64,000 bases of DNA, from NCBI GenBank assembly GCA_965203905.1, contig CBDBDQ010000005.1:2944001-3008000 (forward strand), in the 5' to 3' direction. Position 1 is the first letter of the stretch; every line of letters begins with the position of its first letter. Source of the stretch: Spirochaetia bacterium (GTDB taxonomy: Bacteria > Spirochaetota > Spirochaetia > SZUA-6 > Bin103). Both the position numbers and the translations under genes were made by a program. Under the pieces are notes generated by a model. It was not told the origin of the DNA and searched no databases. It saw only the letters and a list, made by a program, of their open reading frames with translations. Shown here in pieces: positions 37,444 through 47,223 of the stretch.

Positions 37444-40400
37444 TGAACGATCCGCAGAAACAGTTCCGCGAAATCGCAGAGCCGGGCAACGGCATGGAGT
37501 ACCGACCGGCGCCGTTCTGGTCCTGGAACGACGAGCTCACGCCGGACCAGCTCCGGCATCAGATACGCCAGATGCGCGGCGCCGGGCTGGGAGGATACTT
37601 CATGCACTCCAGGATCGGCTTGGCGACGCCGTACCTGGGCGAGCAATGGATGGCCTGCATCCAGGCCTGCATCGAAGAGGGACGGCGTCTCGGGATGAAG
37701 TCCTGGCTCTACGACGAGGACGGATTCCCAAGTGGTTTCGCGGGCGGTCTTATCGCCGGAAGGGGAGGTGACTACGCCCGCAAGACGTTGCGTTGCCGCG
37801 CCCGGAGCATCCAGGGGTTTGAAGGCATCTACCCCCCTCCGCCTGGATGCGTGAAGCGATTCCTGGGATATCGCGTGGGAAGGACCTTGCGCCAGCTCGA
37901 GGATGTCACCGGGGAAGCCATCATCGCCAGCTCTCATGCCGGCAAGACGGTGTTCGAATTCTACGTCGAACAGGGGGATCATTACGTCGACACTTTGAAC
38001 CCGAAAGTCGTCGCAGCGTTTCTCGAAAGTACCCACGATGTCTACTTCAGCCGATTCGCCTCAGTGATGGGCACAGGTGCTGAGATCCCGGGGATTTTTA
38101 CCGATGAACCACAGTACGCGTGGCATTCCATCCCTTGGACCAAAGAACTCCCCGCCTGCTTCGAGAGATGGAGGGGCTACGATCTCCTGCCCCTTCTGGC
38201 ATCGCTGTTCTATGATGTCGGGGAGTACCAGAAAACGCGCCACGACTTCTATCGGACGGTTACCGAGTTGTTCGTCGACGTCTTCACCCGCCGTCTGTAC
38301 GATTGGTGCGAAGCTCGTGACATCAGTCTGACCGGCCATCAGAACGAAAACGAAGGTGAGGATGATCTCGCCTGGCAGATCGGCTCGTGCGGCGCCGTGA
38401 TGCCGCACTACGAGTACATGCACATCCCCGGGATCGATCACCTGAACTGTCAGGGGCGGGTCTACGCGAAGGAAGATGCGGGCACCGGCATGCGCCATTA
38501 CTCGATTCCATTGGCCAAGCAGGTCAGCAGCGTCGCCCATCAACTCGGGGGCCGAAGGGTGCTGTGCGAGCTGTTCGCCAATTTCGGTCAAGGCATGACT
38601 CTCGAGGATCAGCGCTGGATCGTAAACTGGATGTTCGTGCTCGGCGTCGATCTCCTCTGCCCCCACCTCCTGCTGTACTCCCTGCGTGGATTCCGCAAGC
38701 GAGACTGCCCGCCGACCCTCAGCCACCATCAACCGTGGTGGAGCTACTACGCACTGCTGAACAACCTGTTCGCACGCACCAGCTTCATGCTCACGCGGGG
38801 AACCCATGTCGCGGATATCCTGGTTCTGCATCCGATCACCAGCGCGTGGTGCGTGTACCATCCCGATGATCAGGAACGGGTCATGGAGCTGAACCACGGG
38901 TTCATCCGGTTGAGCGAGTCGCTGCTCCGGATCCAGCGTGATTTCGACTACGGCGATGAGTTGTTGCTGCGCCGCCACGGTTCCGTCGACGGTGCGCAGA
39001 TTCGTGTCGGGAGCTGCCGCTACTCCATCGTCGTGCTGCCGCCACTGCGGTCGATGTTGCGCGAGACGTATGCGCTGTTACGGCAGTTTCATGACAACGG
39101 AGGGAAGATCATCACGGTGCCACCGGTGCCCACTCGTATCGAAGGGGCCAACAGTGAAGAGCTGGGCGTGTTCCTGGAGGCGGCTTCGACGGTGGTGCCG
39201 AACGAGCGCCAGGCGATCAGGGAAGTCCTGGACGCGACCTCCGCCTCGAGTCTTGAGCTGGACGGCGACATTGACGAGATTTCAGGCGTGTTCTACCAGG
39301 AACGCCGGTGGCAAGAGAAGAGGATCTTTTTCCTCGCCAACACCCATCGCGTGAGACGCGTGCAGTGCACTGTCCGCATCCGCGGCCAGGGTCAGCTCCA
39401 ACTGTGGGACGGCAGCGACGGGGAGGTCACGCCGTGCGTATGCCGCAACGACGGTGATCGGATCGTTACGGAAATCTCTATCGCACCTGGCGGCGCCCGG
39501 ATCCTGGTTCTGGATTCCGCGCTGCAACCACGGTTGGGTGCGCCGGTGCGCGAGCGGGTCGCCGCTGCCATCACCGTGGAACCGCCATGGCAGCTCGCAC
39601 GACACTCTCCGAATGCACTGGTCCTCGACTACTGCGACTACCAGGTGGAAGGGGAGGCGTGGCAGGAGAATCGGCCGGTCCTGCGGGAGCTCTCCCGTCC
39701 GCCCTACGGCGATCCCGCACCTGCATTGAGCCGGATGCTCACGGAACGGGGCGAAGGCCAATCGCTGAAGCTGAGATACCACTTTACAACTGCGGGCCGA
39801 GCCGCGGCGGATGCAGTGCAGCGCCTCGTGATGGAGACGGCCGTGGAGTCCACGGTCACCTTGAACGGCGCCGTACTGGGCGAATCCGATGACGGCTTCT
39901 GGCTCGATCCCTCGTTCCGTTCGTTCTCCCTCGCTGGCTTGGTACGTCCGGGAAACAACGTGATCGAAGCCGCCACCACACTGCATCCGCTGACCGAGAT
40001 CGAACAGTGCTACCTCGTGGGCGAATTCGACGTGGTGCGCAGCGGAGAACGCAAGTTCGTGATCAGCGGAGCTCGTGACGTTGTTGCCGGCACGAACCTG
40101 GCCGAGGAGGGCTCTCCGTTTTTCTGCGGTGCCATCAGCTTATCAAGCGAGGTCGAGCTGCCGTCCCCACGCGAGCTCCTTGCAGAGCGCGTATACCTCG
40201 AACTCTCCTGCGAGAATGTGGCCGTGGTCGAGGTTCACCTGAATGCCACGCGTTGTGGCGTCGTAGTTCCCTGCGACCGCCGATTGGAAATCACTGAACA
40301 CATCCGAAAGGGAAGCAACGTTCTTTCCCTCAAGTTGGTTGGGACGCTTCGCAACCTGCTGGGACCACACCACTTCACCGGCGCAGAATCGCGCTCGGCG

Positions 40401-40505
40401 ATAGCCCTCCTGTCGCTACCGCGAGCGGATGAATGGACCGATACCTATCGCATCATGCCCTTTGGGGTAAAGCAGGTAGCCTTCCGCTACGTGCACTCCG
40501 ACTAG
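37443..40505 (+). CDS. GH106 (alpha-L-rhamnosidase-like) glycoside hydrolase
   Basis: Start overlaps the upstream stop (TGATG); PAPFWSWND, WLYDEDGFPSG, IFTDEP, PGIDHL, KRDCPP, NLLGPHH. Confidence 0.82.
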   Translation: MNDPQKQFREIAEPGNGMEYRPAPFWSWNDELTPDQLRHQIRQMRGAGLGGYFMHSRIGLATPYLGEQWMACIQACIEEGRRLGMKSWLYDEDGFPSGFAGGLIAGRGGDYARKTLRCRARSIQGFEGIYPPPPGCVKRFLGYRVGRTLRQLEDVTGEAIIASSHAGKTVFEFYVEQGDHYVDTLNPKVVAAFLESTHDVYFSRFASVMGTGAEIPGIFTDEPQYAWHSIPWTKELPACFERWRGYDLLPLLASLFYDVGEYQKTRHDFYRTVTELFVDVFTRRLYDWCEARDISLTGHQNENEGEDDLAWQIGSCGAVMPHYEYMHIPGIDHLNCQGRVYAKEDAGTGMRHYSIPLAKQVSSVAHQLGGRRVLCELFANFGQGMTLEDQRWIVNWMFVLGVDLLCPHLLLYSLRGFRKRDCPPTLSHHQPWWSYYALLNNLFARTSFMLTRGTHVADILVLHPITSAWCVYHPDDQERVMELNHGFIRLSESLLRIQRDFDYGDELLLRRHGSVDGAQIRVGSCRYSIVVLPPLRSMLRETYALLRQFHDNGGKIITVPPVPTRIEGANSEELGVFLEAASTVVPNERQAIREVLDATSASSLELDGDIDEISGVFYQERRWQEKRIFFLANTHRVRRVQCTVRIRGQGQLQLWDGSDGEVTPCVCRNDGDRIVTEISIAPGGARILVLDSALQPRLGAPVRERVAAAITVEPPWQLARHSPNALVLDYCDYQVEGEAWQENRPVLRELSRPPYGDPAPALSRMLTERGEGQSLKLRYHFTTAGRAAADAVQRLVMETAVESTVTLNGAVLGESDDGFWLDPSFRSFSLAGLVRPGNNVIEAATTLHPLTEIEQCYLVGEFDVVRSGERKFVISGARDVVAGTNLAEEGSPFFCGAISLSSEVELPSPRELLAERVYLELSCENVAVVEVHLNATRCGVVVPCDRRLEITEHIRKGSNVLSLKLVGTLRNLLGPHHFTGAESRSAIALLSLPRADEWTDTYRIMPFGVKQVAFRYVHSD

Positions 40506-41395
40506 CTCTTGAGTCCGGTTATCACGACCCCTTGCATGAACGACCTCTGGGTAAAGAAGAACAACAGGATGGGCGGCAGCATGATTACGAGGGAGGCAGC
40601 CATCAGAAAATTATAGTATGAGCCAGTCTGCGAAATCATGCCGAAGGTGCCTGCTGTGGCCACCGCCTTGAAGTAGTAAAGACCGATCGGCAGGGTGAAC
40701 TTATCCACCGACGTGAGATAGATGATCGGGGTCATGAAATCCTGGTAAACGGCAACGAACGTGAACAACGCCACGATGCCGAGAGCTGACGTCGAGAGGG
40801 GCATCAGTATTCTCGAATAGATTCGCCAGTTGCTGCAGCCATCAACCTTCGCCGCATCGTCCAACTCGTACGGAATGGTACTGAAGAACTGTCTGAGGAG
40901 AAAGATATAGAAGGCACCACCGCCGAAAAAACTTGGAACGACCAGGGGTTTGAAGCTATCTATCCAGCCAAGCTTGCTCATGATGACATAGACCGGAACC
41001 AGGGTAACAACGCTCGGCAGCATCATGGTGCTCAACATGATGATGAACCAGAAATCCCGCAGCGGAAATCGCAGCCTGGCGAAGCCGAATGCGACCAGGC
41101 TGGCGCTGAGCACCGTGCCGAGCACATTCAGGGAAACTATCTGGGCACTGTTCCAGGCATACCGGCCGAATGGAGCGAGCCCGAACATGTCGACGAAGTT
41201 TGCCCAGCGAAACACGGAAGGTATCAAACGAGGCGGATATGAGACCACCATGGCGGTGGGCTTGAGGCTCGATGAAATCATCCACAGGATAGGAAAAAAG
41301 ATCACGAACGCAGACACGAGCAGGATCACATGAACCAGTAGCCGCCACAGATGGCTGCTACGTAACGCCGATGGGACTGGCCGATTCACTCGCAC
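40502..41395 (-). CDS. Carbohydrate ABC transporter permease
   Basis: RQFFSTIPYELDDAAKVDG; C-terminus GVVITGLK. Confidence 0.92.
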   Translation of the reverse strand: MRVNRPVPSALRSSHLWRLLVHVILLVSAFVIFFPILWMISSSLKPTAMVVSYPPRLIPSVFRWANFVDMFGLAPFGRYAWNSAQIVSLNVLGTVLSASLVAFGFARLRFPLRDFWFIIMLSTMMLPSVVTLVPVYVIMSKLGWIDSFKPLVVPSFFGGGAFYIFLLRQFFSTIPYELDDAAKVDGCSNWRIYSRILMPLSTSALGIVALFTFVAVYQDFMTPIIYLTSVDKFTLPIGLYYFKAVATAGTFGMISQTGSYYNFLMAASLVIMLPPILLFFFTQRSFMQGVVITGLKS

Positions 41396-41438
41396 TCTCG
41401 AGCTCCTTGCCGGTCAATCCTGGAGGCGCTTGAAGGGG

Positions 41439-42347
41439 CTATCGGCGGCGCCGTAGGCCTTCATAATACACCCATGCGGGAGACGATTTGAATATGAGAA
41501 GAGTGATTCCCATGATAATAGCGAACAGGATCCACGAAAAGGTCGCGGCATATCCCATGTGGAAGTTCCTGAATGCAAGCTGATAGATGTAGAGCAGCGG
41601 AAAGAACGTCGAGTAATAGGGTCCTCCATTGGTCATGATGAAGGCGGTCTGAAAGGCCTGAAACGAACCAATGATGCCAATCACGAGGGTGAACAGCAGC
41701 ACCTGCGTCATCATGGGGAGAGTGATATAGAAGAACTTGTGCAGCACTCCGGCACCGTCGATCGCAGCGGCTTCGTAGAATTCGGTCGGGATACCCTGCA
41801 GTCCGGCCAGGTAGATGATCATGCTGGCGCCGACCGCCCACAGTCCCACCATGACGATCGAGGGCAGCGCGGTGGACGGGTGCATGAGCCAATTGGGACC
41901 TTCAACGCCGAGCAGCTTCAGGATCAGGTAGTTGACGATGCCATGATTCGGCTCCAACAGCCACATCCAGATGTAGCTTCCGGCAATGCCCGGTATCACT
42001 GCCGGAAGATAAAACAGGGTTCTGTACAGGCCCGATCCCTTGACTCCCTGATTCAACAGGAGAGCCAGGATGAACCCAAGAATCAAGCTCAAGGGTACAT
42101 TCATGGCCGAGTAGAGCACGGCAACCTTCATCGATTGCCACACTACGAAGTCCTTTACGATCTCGACATAGTTCTCGAATGCAGTGAATTCAGGTGGGTA
42201 TATCCCGGTCCAGTTGGTAAACGACATGACCAGCGAGAACGCCATCGGGCCAATCTGCCAGATCAGGAAGCCGGCCAGCCATGGCGCGATGAAGAGATAG
42301 CCGTCGATATGTTCCCGCCGCTCCAACCTTCCCTTGAGCATCTTCAC
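41439..42347 (-). CDS. Sugar ABC transporter permease
   Basis: YLFIAPW, YLAGLQGIPTEFYEAAAIDGA, MTNGGP. Confidence 0.92.
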   Translation of the reverse strand: MKMLKGRLERREHIDGYLFIAPWLAGFLIWQIGPMAFSLVMSFTNWTGIYPPEFTAFENYVEIVKDFVVWQSMKVAVLYSAMNVPLSLILGFILALLLNQGVKGSGLYRTLFYLPAVIPGIAGSYIWMWLLEPNHGIVNYLILKLLGVEGPNWLMHPSTALPSIVMVGLWAVGASMIIYLAGLQGIPTEFYEAAAIDGAGVLHKFFYITLPMMTQVLLFTLVIGIIGSFQAFQTAFIMTNGGPYYSTFFPLLYIYQLAFRNFHMGYAATFSWILFAIIMGITLLIFKSSPAWVYYEGLRRRR

Positions 42348-42421
42348 TCAGCACCGCTCCTGGCGCACGAACGCCCCGCGATCCGCGCCCGCCGACCCCC
42401 TCATAAGCTTCGGAATCGTGC

Positions 42422-42461
42422 CCGACGGGTAGCGGAATACGAAGATTCCGGTACCCATCGG
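42422..42461 (-). terminator. Intercistronic stem-loop after the SBP gene
   Basis: CCGACGGGTAGCGGAAT...ATTCCGGTACCCATCGG, 15 of 17 positions complementary. Confidence 0.55.
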
Positions 42462-42490
42462 ACTTCCCGTGTCGCTATTCCCTAAGTTCC

Positions 42491-43855
42491 TCAAAGACCA
42501 AACTTCGCACGCTGCTCAAGTTCGGCTTCCAGGCGTTCTTCGACTGCAGTCTTGAGTCTACCCGTGACCACCTCTTCGGCCGACTTGAGGCCCAGGTACA
42601 GAGGATCCAACTCCTGCTGCAGTATCGTATAGATCCGGTCCCACTCGAACATCAACTGCAGCCAGGGTGGCCGATATGGTGAGGCGCCTTGCTCCATGGC
42701 CTTGGTATAGACATCGATATTGATGCCGAGTTCCGTGGCCCGCTCAAACCACTGTGCCTCGATCGACGGGATTCTTCTCGATGGCATATTACCGGAGTAA
42801 TCGAAGCGCCGTTGCTGGGCTTCCTCGGAGCGAAGTGCCTTCAGAACCTCCCATGCCTGGTCCTTGTGCTCTGACTTGGTAATGATATTGCCGGCAACGG
42901 CCGAGTGGATGACTCCCTGGGGAACGACGCCCTCAACCGCCGGGAAGGGCATGATATCGACCTCGAACGCATACTCCTGGCCCTCCGGCGGGAGCCACCA
43001 CCAGAATGGATGTGTGCCGTACTGGCCAGTCGCGAAACCCAGGCCCTGCGAAGGTGCTCCATCGACAAACACCACCGTCTTGTCCTTGTTGATAAGATCG
43101 GCGTAGAGCTGTAGTGCCGCGATGGACTCCGGCTTGTCCAGCGCGTACTTGACCGCGTATCCGTTGTCATCGACCTCGAACAACATTGCGCCGGGAACCA
43201 GGTTCCAGACGAAGTTGAGAATGATATCGATGCCACGGATGAACGCCATCCCGTATTGATCCGTTCTCCCATCACCGTTGGTGTCCGCGGTCATCTTCTT
43301 GAGATTTTCTCTGAACTCGGCAACGGTCCAGGGCGGATCATCGCGGTAGGGCACACCGGATTTTTCCATGATGTCCCTGTTGATCCAGAAGGATTGGCCA
43401 CTGGTCTGGCCGGGGAATCCCCATCTGATGGTGTTGCCGTCAACTATCATCGTGGAGAGCTTTTCAGGACCGGCCCAGAACTCCCAGCTCTGTACCTCCG
43501 GGTCGTTGTCCCAGTAGGGGGACAGGTCGATGATTTGACCATCGAAGTACATCCGCGGCCGTATCGTGCCGTCGAACACATCGGGCGGAGTTCCCGCGGC
43601 CCACAGCAGGTTGTACTTGTCCTCCAGCGTCTGCCCTGGTGTGGCCAGGATGAATTCAACGTCCACCCCTGGTACCAGTCTCTCCACAATCGCCTTGGTG
43701 TCGGCGAGCAACTCGTCGGTGCCGGGTGCGGGAACATGGACAGCGCCTCCCATGATCTGTATTTCCACGGTGTCTTCTACCGCCACTTCACCGCTCGCAA
43801 AAGCGACACCGCACAGCACTGCCAGCAAACCGGCGCTGGCTACGATTCGTTTCAT
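42491..43855 (-). CDS. Sugar ABC substrate-binding protein
   Basis: Start MKRIVASAGLL after AAGGAG; AAGTPPDVF, WINRDI, DTNGDGRTDQYG. Confidence 0.9.
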   Translation of the reverse strand: MKRIVASAGLLAVLCGVAFASGEVAVEDTVEIQIMGGAVHVPAPGTDELLADTKAIVERLVPGVDVEFILATPGQTLEDKYNLLWAAGTPPDVFDGTIRPRMYFDGQIIDLSPYWDNDPEVQSWEFWAGPEKLSTMIVDGNTIRWGFPGQTSGQSFWINRDIMEKSGVPYRDDPPWTVAEFRENLKKMTADTNGDGRTDQYGMAFIRGIDIILNFVWNLVPGAMLFEVDDNGYAVKYALDKPESIAALQLYADLINKDKTVVFVDGAPSQGLGFATGQYGTHPFWWWLPPEGQEYAFEVDIMPFPAVEGVVPQGVIHSAVAGNIITKSEHKDQAWEVLKALRSEEAQQRRFDYSGNMPSRRIPSIEAQWFERATELGINIDVYTKAMEQGASPYRPPWLQLMFEWDRIYTILQQELDPLYLGLKSAEEVVTGRLKTAVEERLEAELEQRAKFGL

Positions 43856-44088
43856 ATCATTACTCCTTCGGTACTCGTTCCCAGTTTTGATCTGGGCTGT
43901 TTCGGCGAAATCGTTTTTCAAAAAGGATCCTGCTTGATGCTCCCCTCCTGTCCGATATTTTCGCTTATGGGTTCCGGTTGGGCGGCCCAGTGAGGATCTC
44001 GAACGCAAGCTTGAAACACCCGAACGCATCGGTTCCCTCAGCGCCGAGTAGGATCGCACGATGACCTGGCGCTGTCAAGCGTTTCATC

Positions 44089-44495
44089 TTGATCATCCTC
44101 TCGCTGCTCGGCTGGCCGGGGCTTGCACGCGAGGTGCGCGGCAAGCTGATGGCGCTGCGGGGAGAAGACTTCGTCACCGCCGCCAAGGTGGCGGGCTGCA
44201 CGGAGCGCGTGATCATGTTCCGTCACCTGGTGCCGTCGTTCCTGAGCCACATCATCGCGTCCGGCACGCTGGCGATCCCGTGGATGATCCTCGGCGAGAC
44301 GGCGCTCAGCTTTCTGGGCATCGGCCTGCAACCGCCGGCCATCAGTTGGGGCGTGCTGTTGAAGGCGGCGCAGAACGTCAAGGCGATCGTGGCGACGCGT
44401 GGCTGCTGCTACCGGGGCTGTTCGTGGTGGCGATGACCCTGTCGTTCAACTTCCTGGAAGACGGATTGCGCGACGCCGCGGATCCCTACAAGTAG
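44089..44495 (+). pseudogene. 3' fragment of a DppC-like permease with a frameshift
   Basis: LAREVRGK..GETALSFLGIGLQPPAISWG, a frame break near 44399, then WLLLPG..DGLRDAADPYK; no 5' half. Confidence 0.85.
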
Positions 44496-44501
44496 CCCAG
44501 C

Positions 44502-47183
44502 CTACGCGACGTCCGGCCGGATGAACAGTGTCACCACTTCCCAAGGGGCAATGGCAAAGGACAACCGCTGCGCCGAGATGCTCACTGCCTTCCCCGCGTC
44601 CAGGGGGTCCCCGTAGAAGTCGGTCTCGGCCGCGGCCGCGATCGCGAACGGGAACACCAGCTCGGCCTGACAGCGCTTCCCGTGGCTCTCGTACAGCCGC
44701 ACCACCACCCGGTTTCCTTCCCGGTACAGGCCGGTCATGAACACGCTGTCCGGTCGCACCTGAACCAGGCTGTCCGCGGCCGGCAGCGACGGTCGCGGGG
44801 CCCTGCGCCGGCGCTTGCCCACGGTGCAGAGCAGCGGTTCCTGGTACTCCGACGCCCTGCGATGCACCTGCGCCCGGCGCCAATCTCCCGCGTGCGGATA
44901 GATCGAGTAGCGCAGGCGCTGCAGCCCCCTGGCCTCGTGCAGCCGGCTGATGTGTCGCCAGCAGGTTCTCGTGGGTATGGTGCGCGTCTTGAGAAGGATG
45001 TGCTTCGCCACGTTCTCGTCCGGGTCGTAGTCGAACCCGGTCTGCCCCGGCGAGCTCAGGAGCGCAACTCCTCCGCGGGAAGCGGAGGAATAGTCGATCC
45101 ACCGTTCCGCGGAGAACGAGTGAGGATAACTCGCGTTTGCGAAGTTGGTGCCGCACGGCTCCGTGGCACGGTCCACCACCTCGGCACCGAACGGCACGTG
45201 GCCCACCATGGTCCCGGCGCAGGCGAGCGGGAACTTCGCCTTGAACACCCCGTCTCCGCCCTTGCTGTCGATCTCCACGACGCAGTCGATGCGCGCCAGG
45301 TCCCGGTAGATGACCACCTCCTTGCGGATGCCGTGCGCTCCTATCGCCCCACGCGTTACGACCCGCGACCAGACCGGGCCCCTTTCGACGCTCGCGAGCC
45401 GCATGTCGTGCTGCTCGATTTCGCCGGTGAACGGCCCCAGCGTGTCGAAGTCATCGGCGGCGTCCAGCGTGCTGTAGGAGATGGCATTCGCCGCCATGGC
45501 CCCGCTGGCGAACAGGTTGGTGCGGCTCCCCTTGAGCACTACCGAGCCGAGGCCGCCGCGGCCGACGACGACGTCGAAGTAGCGGTTGCCGAGCGTCACT
45601 CCGGGTGCGGCCGAGGTCGGCTCCTCTGGCTGAGGCGGCGCCATGCTCGTGGTCGGGTCGTTGTTACGGGTCGCGTAGTAGGTGGCGTATCCCAGCGCGC
45701 CGACGGTGGCGATGAACGCTACGACAACGTGCTTCAGCGTTCCGTCCGCGTGCAGATCCTGCTGCGTGATCTGAAACGGGACCGGACGATCGGCGCTGTC
45801 CCTGATGGCGACTGCGCGGGCCGAGCCCGCCGCGAACTCCAGCTCGGCCGCGACCACGTCGGTGCGGTCCCATCCCAGGGAGTTGAAGATGACGATGGGA
45901 GTGCCGGTGTGCCGGTGTCGAATCCTGCCGGCGAGGACCTGCAGCGTGGCGCGAGTCAGGTGCTGAGCCTGCCGCTGAATGCGCTTCTGCCGTGCCAGCA
46001 GGCGGTCGTAGTCGTTGGTGAAGGCCATCCGTATGGCGTGGCCGGTGGTGGTGAACAGGTCGTTCCACAGCTTGTCGAACCGCTGCTCCGGATAGGGCCG
46101 GTCCAGACAGACGCTCCCGATACTCGCCAGCCGCTCGGCGGTCGTGATCGCGATCTCGTCGCGGAACCACCACACGAACAGGCTTTCATTGCCCAGGATG
46201 CCGAACCGACAGGCGCAACCCGAGGAGTCGAGGACCCCCGAGATTACTGGCAACTTCCCCTCGTGTTGCTCCAACTCCGTGAAGTACTCGGCCGGGGTCG
46301 CGAACAGCAGCGGCACCCCCTCGCGCCGATTCCACTCCCGCACCAGACCGATGATGTCCACGGGCTGTCCCCTGAGGTCCCGCAGCGGCCGGCAGTCGTC
46401 ACCGCCGCGCGAATACCAGACGATCCCCGCGTTCCCCAGCGTGGAATAGTCGATCTGCACCTTGTCCACCGGCTTGCCGCGGCGGTAGACGATGATGAAT
46501 CGATGCTTGATCTCCTCGTATATGACGTTCGCCGCCTTGGGCCAGTCCTCCGCGAAGTCGTGGGGGAAGGCGCGGGCGTCCGCCAGCGTGCCGTAGCCGT
46601 AGCCGCCGCGACTGGAGAGGATCCTGGTGCCGTCCAGTCCCTCCCAGTAGAAGTCCACCAACTCGTTCAAGCTGGGCCGCGTGAACCGGTAGAAGCGATA
46701 ACCACCCTTCTTCAGGAGTTGCGGTATCTGCGAATGACCGGGCGTCAGGTCGTTGGCGGTGTACACCTCGGTCCGAGTGTCGAATACGCGCTCGAAGTAC
46801 CTGCGGCCGTAGACCATGTTGCGGATGAAGGTCTCGCCGCCCACGGCGTCGAACGCGGGATTGCTGATGGTGTTCGGTGCCACTTCGATTCGGCCTTGCT
46901 GGATCCTGCGGCGCAGCTCGGCCATGCGCTCGGGGGCGCGGCGTGCGAACGGCGACAGCTCCTCGTAGGCGGTGTCGAAGTACCACTTGTAGTCGGGGTC
47001 GCGATCCATGATGTCGAGCACTTCGTGGAAGATCAGCGTGTAGCGATCCTCGTGCCAGCGCCTGGTATGCGACCAGGCGTTGTCGCAGTGCGCATAGGGC
47101 AACAGGAAAATCTTCCTGGGCTTGGTCGTGCTCGCTGCGCCGTTCCCTGCGTTCTTCACTGTGGCCGGCATGGCATCCTCCAC
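44502..47183 (-). CDS. GH38 alpha-mannosidase-like glycoside hydrolase
   Basis: AHCDNAW, GETFIRN..GRRY, QIPQLL..GY, FYWEGLDGTRI, FNSLGWDR, C-terminal VRLYE..PWEVVT. Start at 47183 or 47171. Confidence 0.82.
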   Translation of the reverse strand: MEDAMPATVKNAGNGAASTTKPRKIFLLPYAHCDNAWSHTRRWHEDRYTLIFHEVLDIMDRDPDYKWYFDTAYEELSPFARRAPERMAELRRRIQQGRIEVAPNTISNPAFDAVGGETFIRNMVYGRRYFERVFDTRTEVYTANDLTPGHSQIPQLLKKGGYRFYRFTRPSLNELVDFYWEGLDGTRILSSRGGYGYGTLADARAFPHDFAEDWPKAANVIYEEIKHRFIIVYRRGKPVDKVQIDYSTLGNAGIVWYSRGGDDCRPLRDLRGQPVDIIGLVREWNRREGVPLLFATPAEYFTELEQHEGKLPVISGVLDSSGCACRFGILGNESLFVWWFRDEIAITTAERLASIGSVCLDRPYPEQRFDKLWNDLFTTTGHAIRMAFTNDYDRLLARQKRIQRQAQHLTRATLQVLAGRIRHRHTGTPIVIFNSLGWDRTDVVAAELEFAAGSARAVAIRDSADRPVPFQITQQDLHADGTLKHVVVAFIATVGALGYATYYATRNNDPTTSMAPPQPEEPTSAAPGVTLGNRYFDVVVGRGGLGSVVLKGSRTNLFASGAMAANAISYSTLDAADDFDTLGPFTGEIEQHDMRLASVERGPVWSRVVTRGAIGAHGIRKEVVIYRDLARIDCVVEIDSKGGDGVFKAKFPLACAGTMVGHVPFGAEVVDRATEPCGTNFANASYPHSFSAERWIDYSSASRGGVALLSSPGQTGFDYDPDENVAKHILLKTRTIPTRTCWRHISRLHEARGLQRLRYSIYPHAGDWRRAQVHRRASEYQEPLLCTVGKRRRRAPRPSLPAADSLVQVRPDSVFMTGLYREGNRVVVRLYESHGKRCQAELVFPFAIAAAAETDFYGDPLDAGKAVSISAQRLSFAIAPWEVVTLFIRPDVA

Positions 47184-47223
47184 TTCATAGTAAGCGAATG
47201 GCCGCCGCCGTCCAGCGCGTGCC

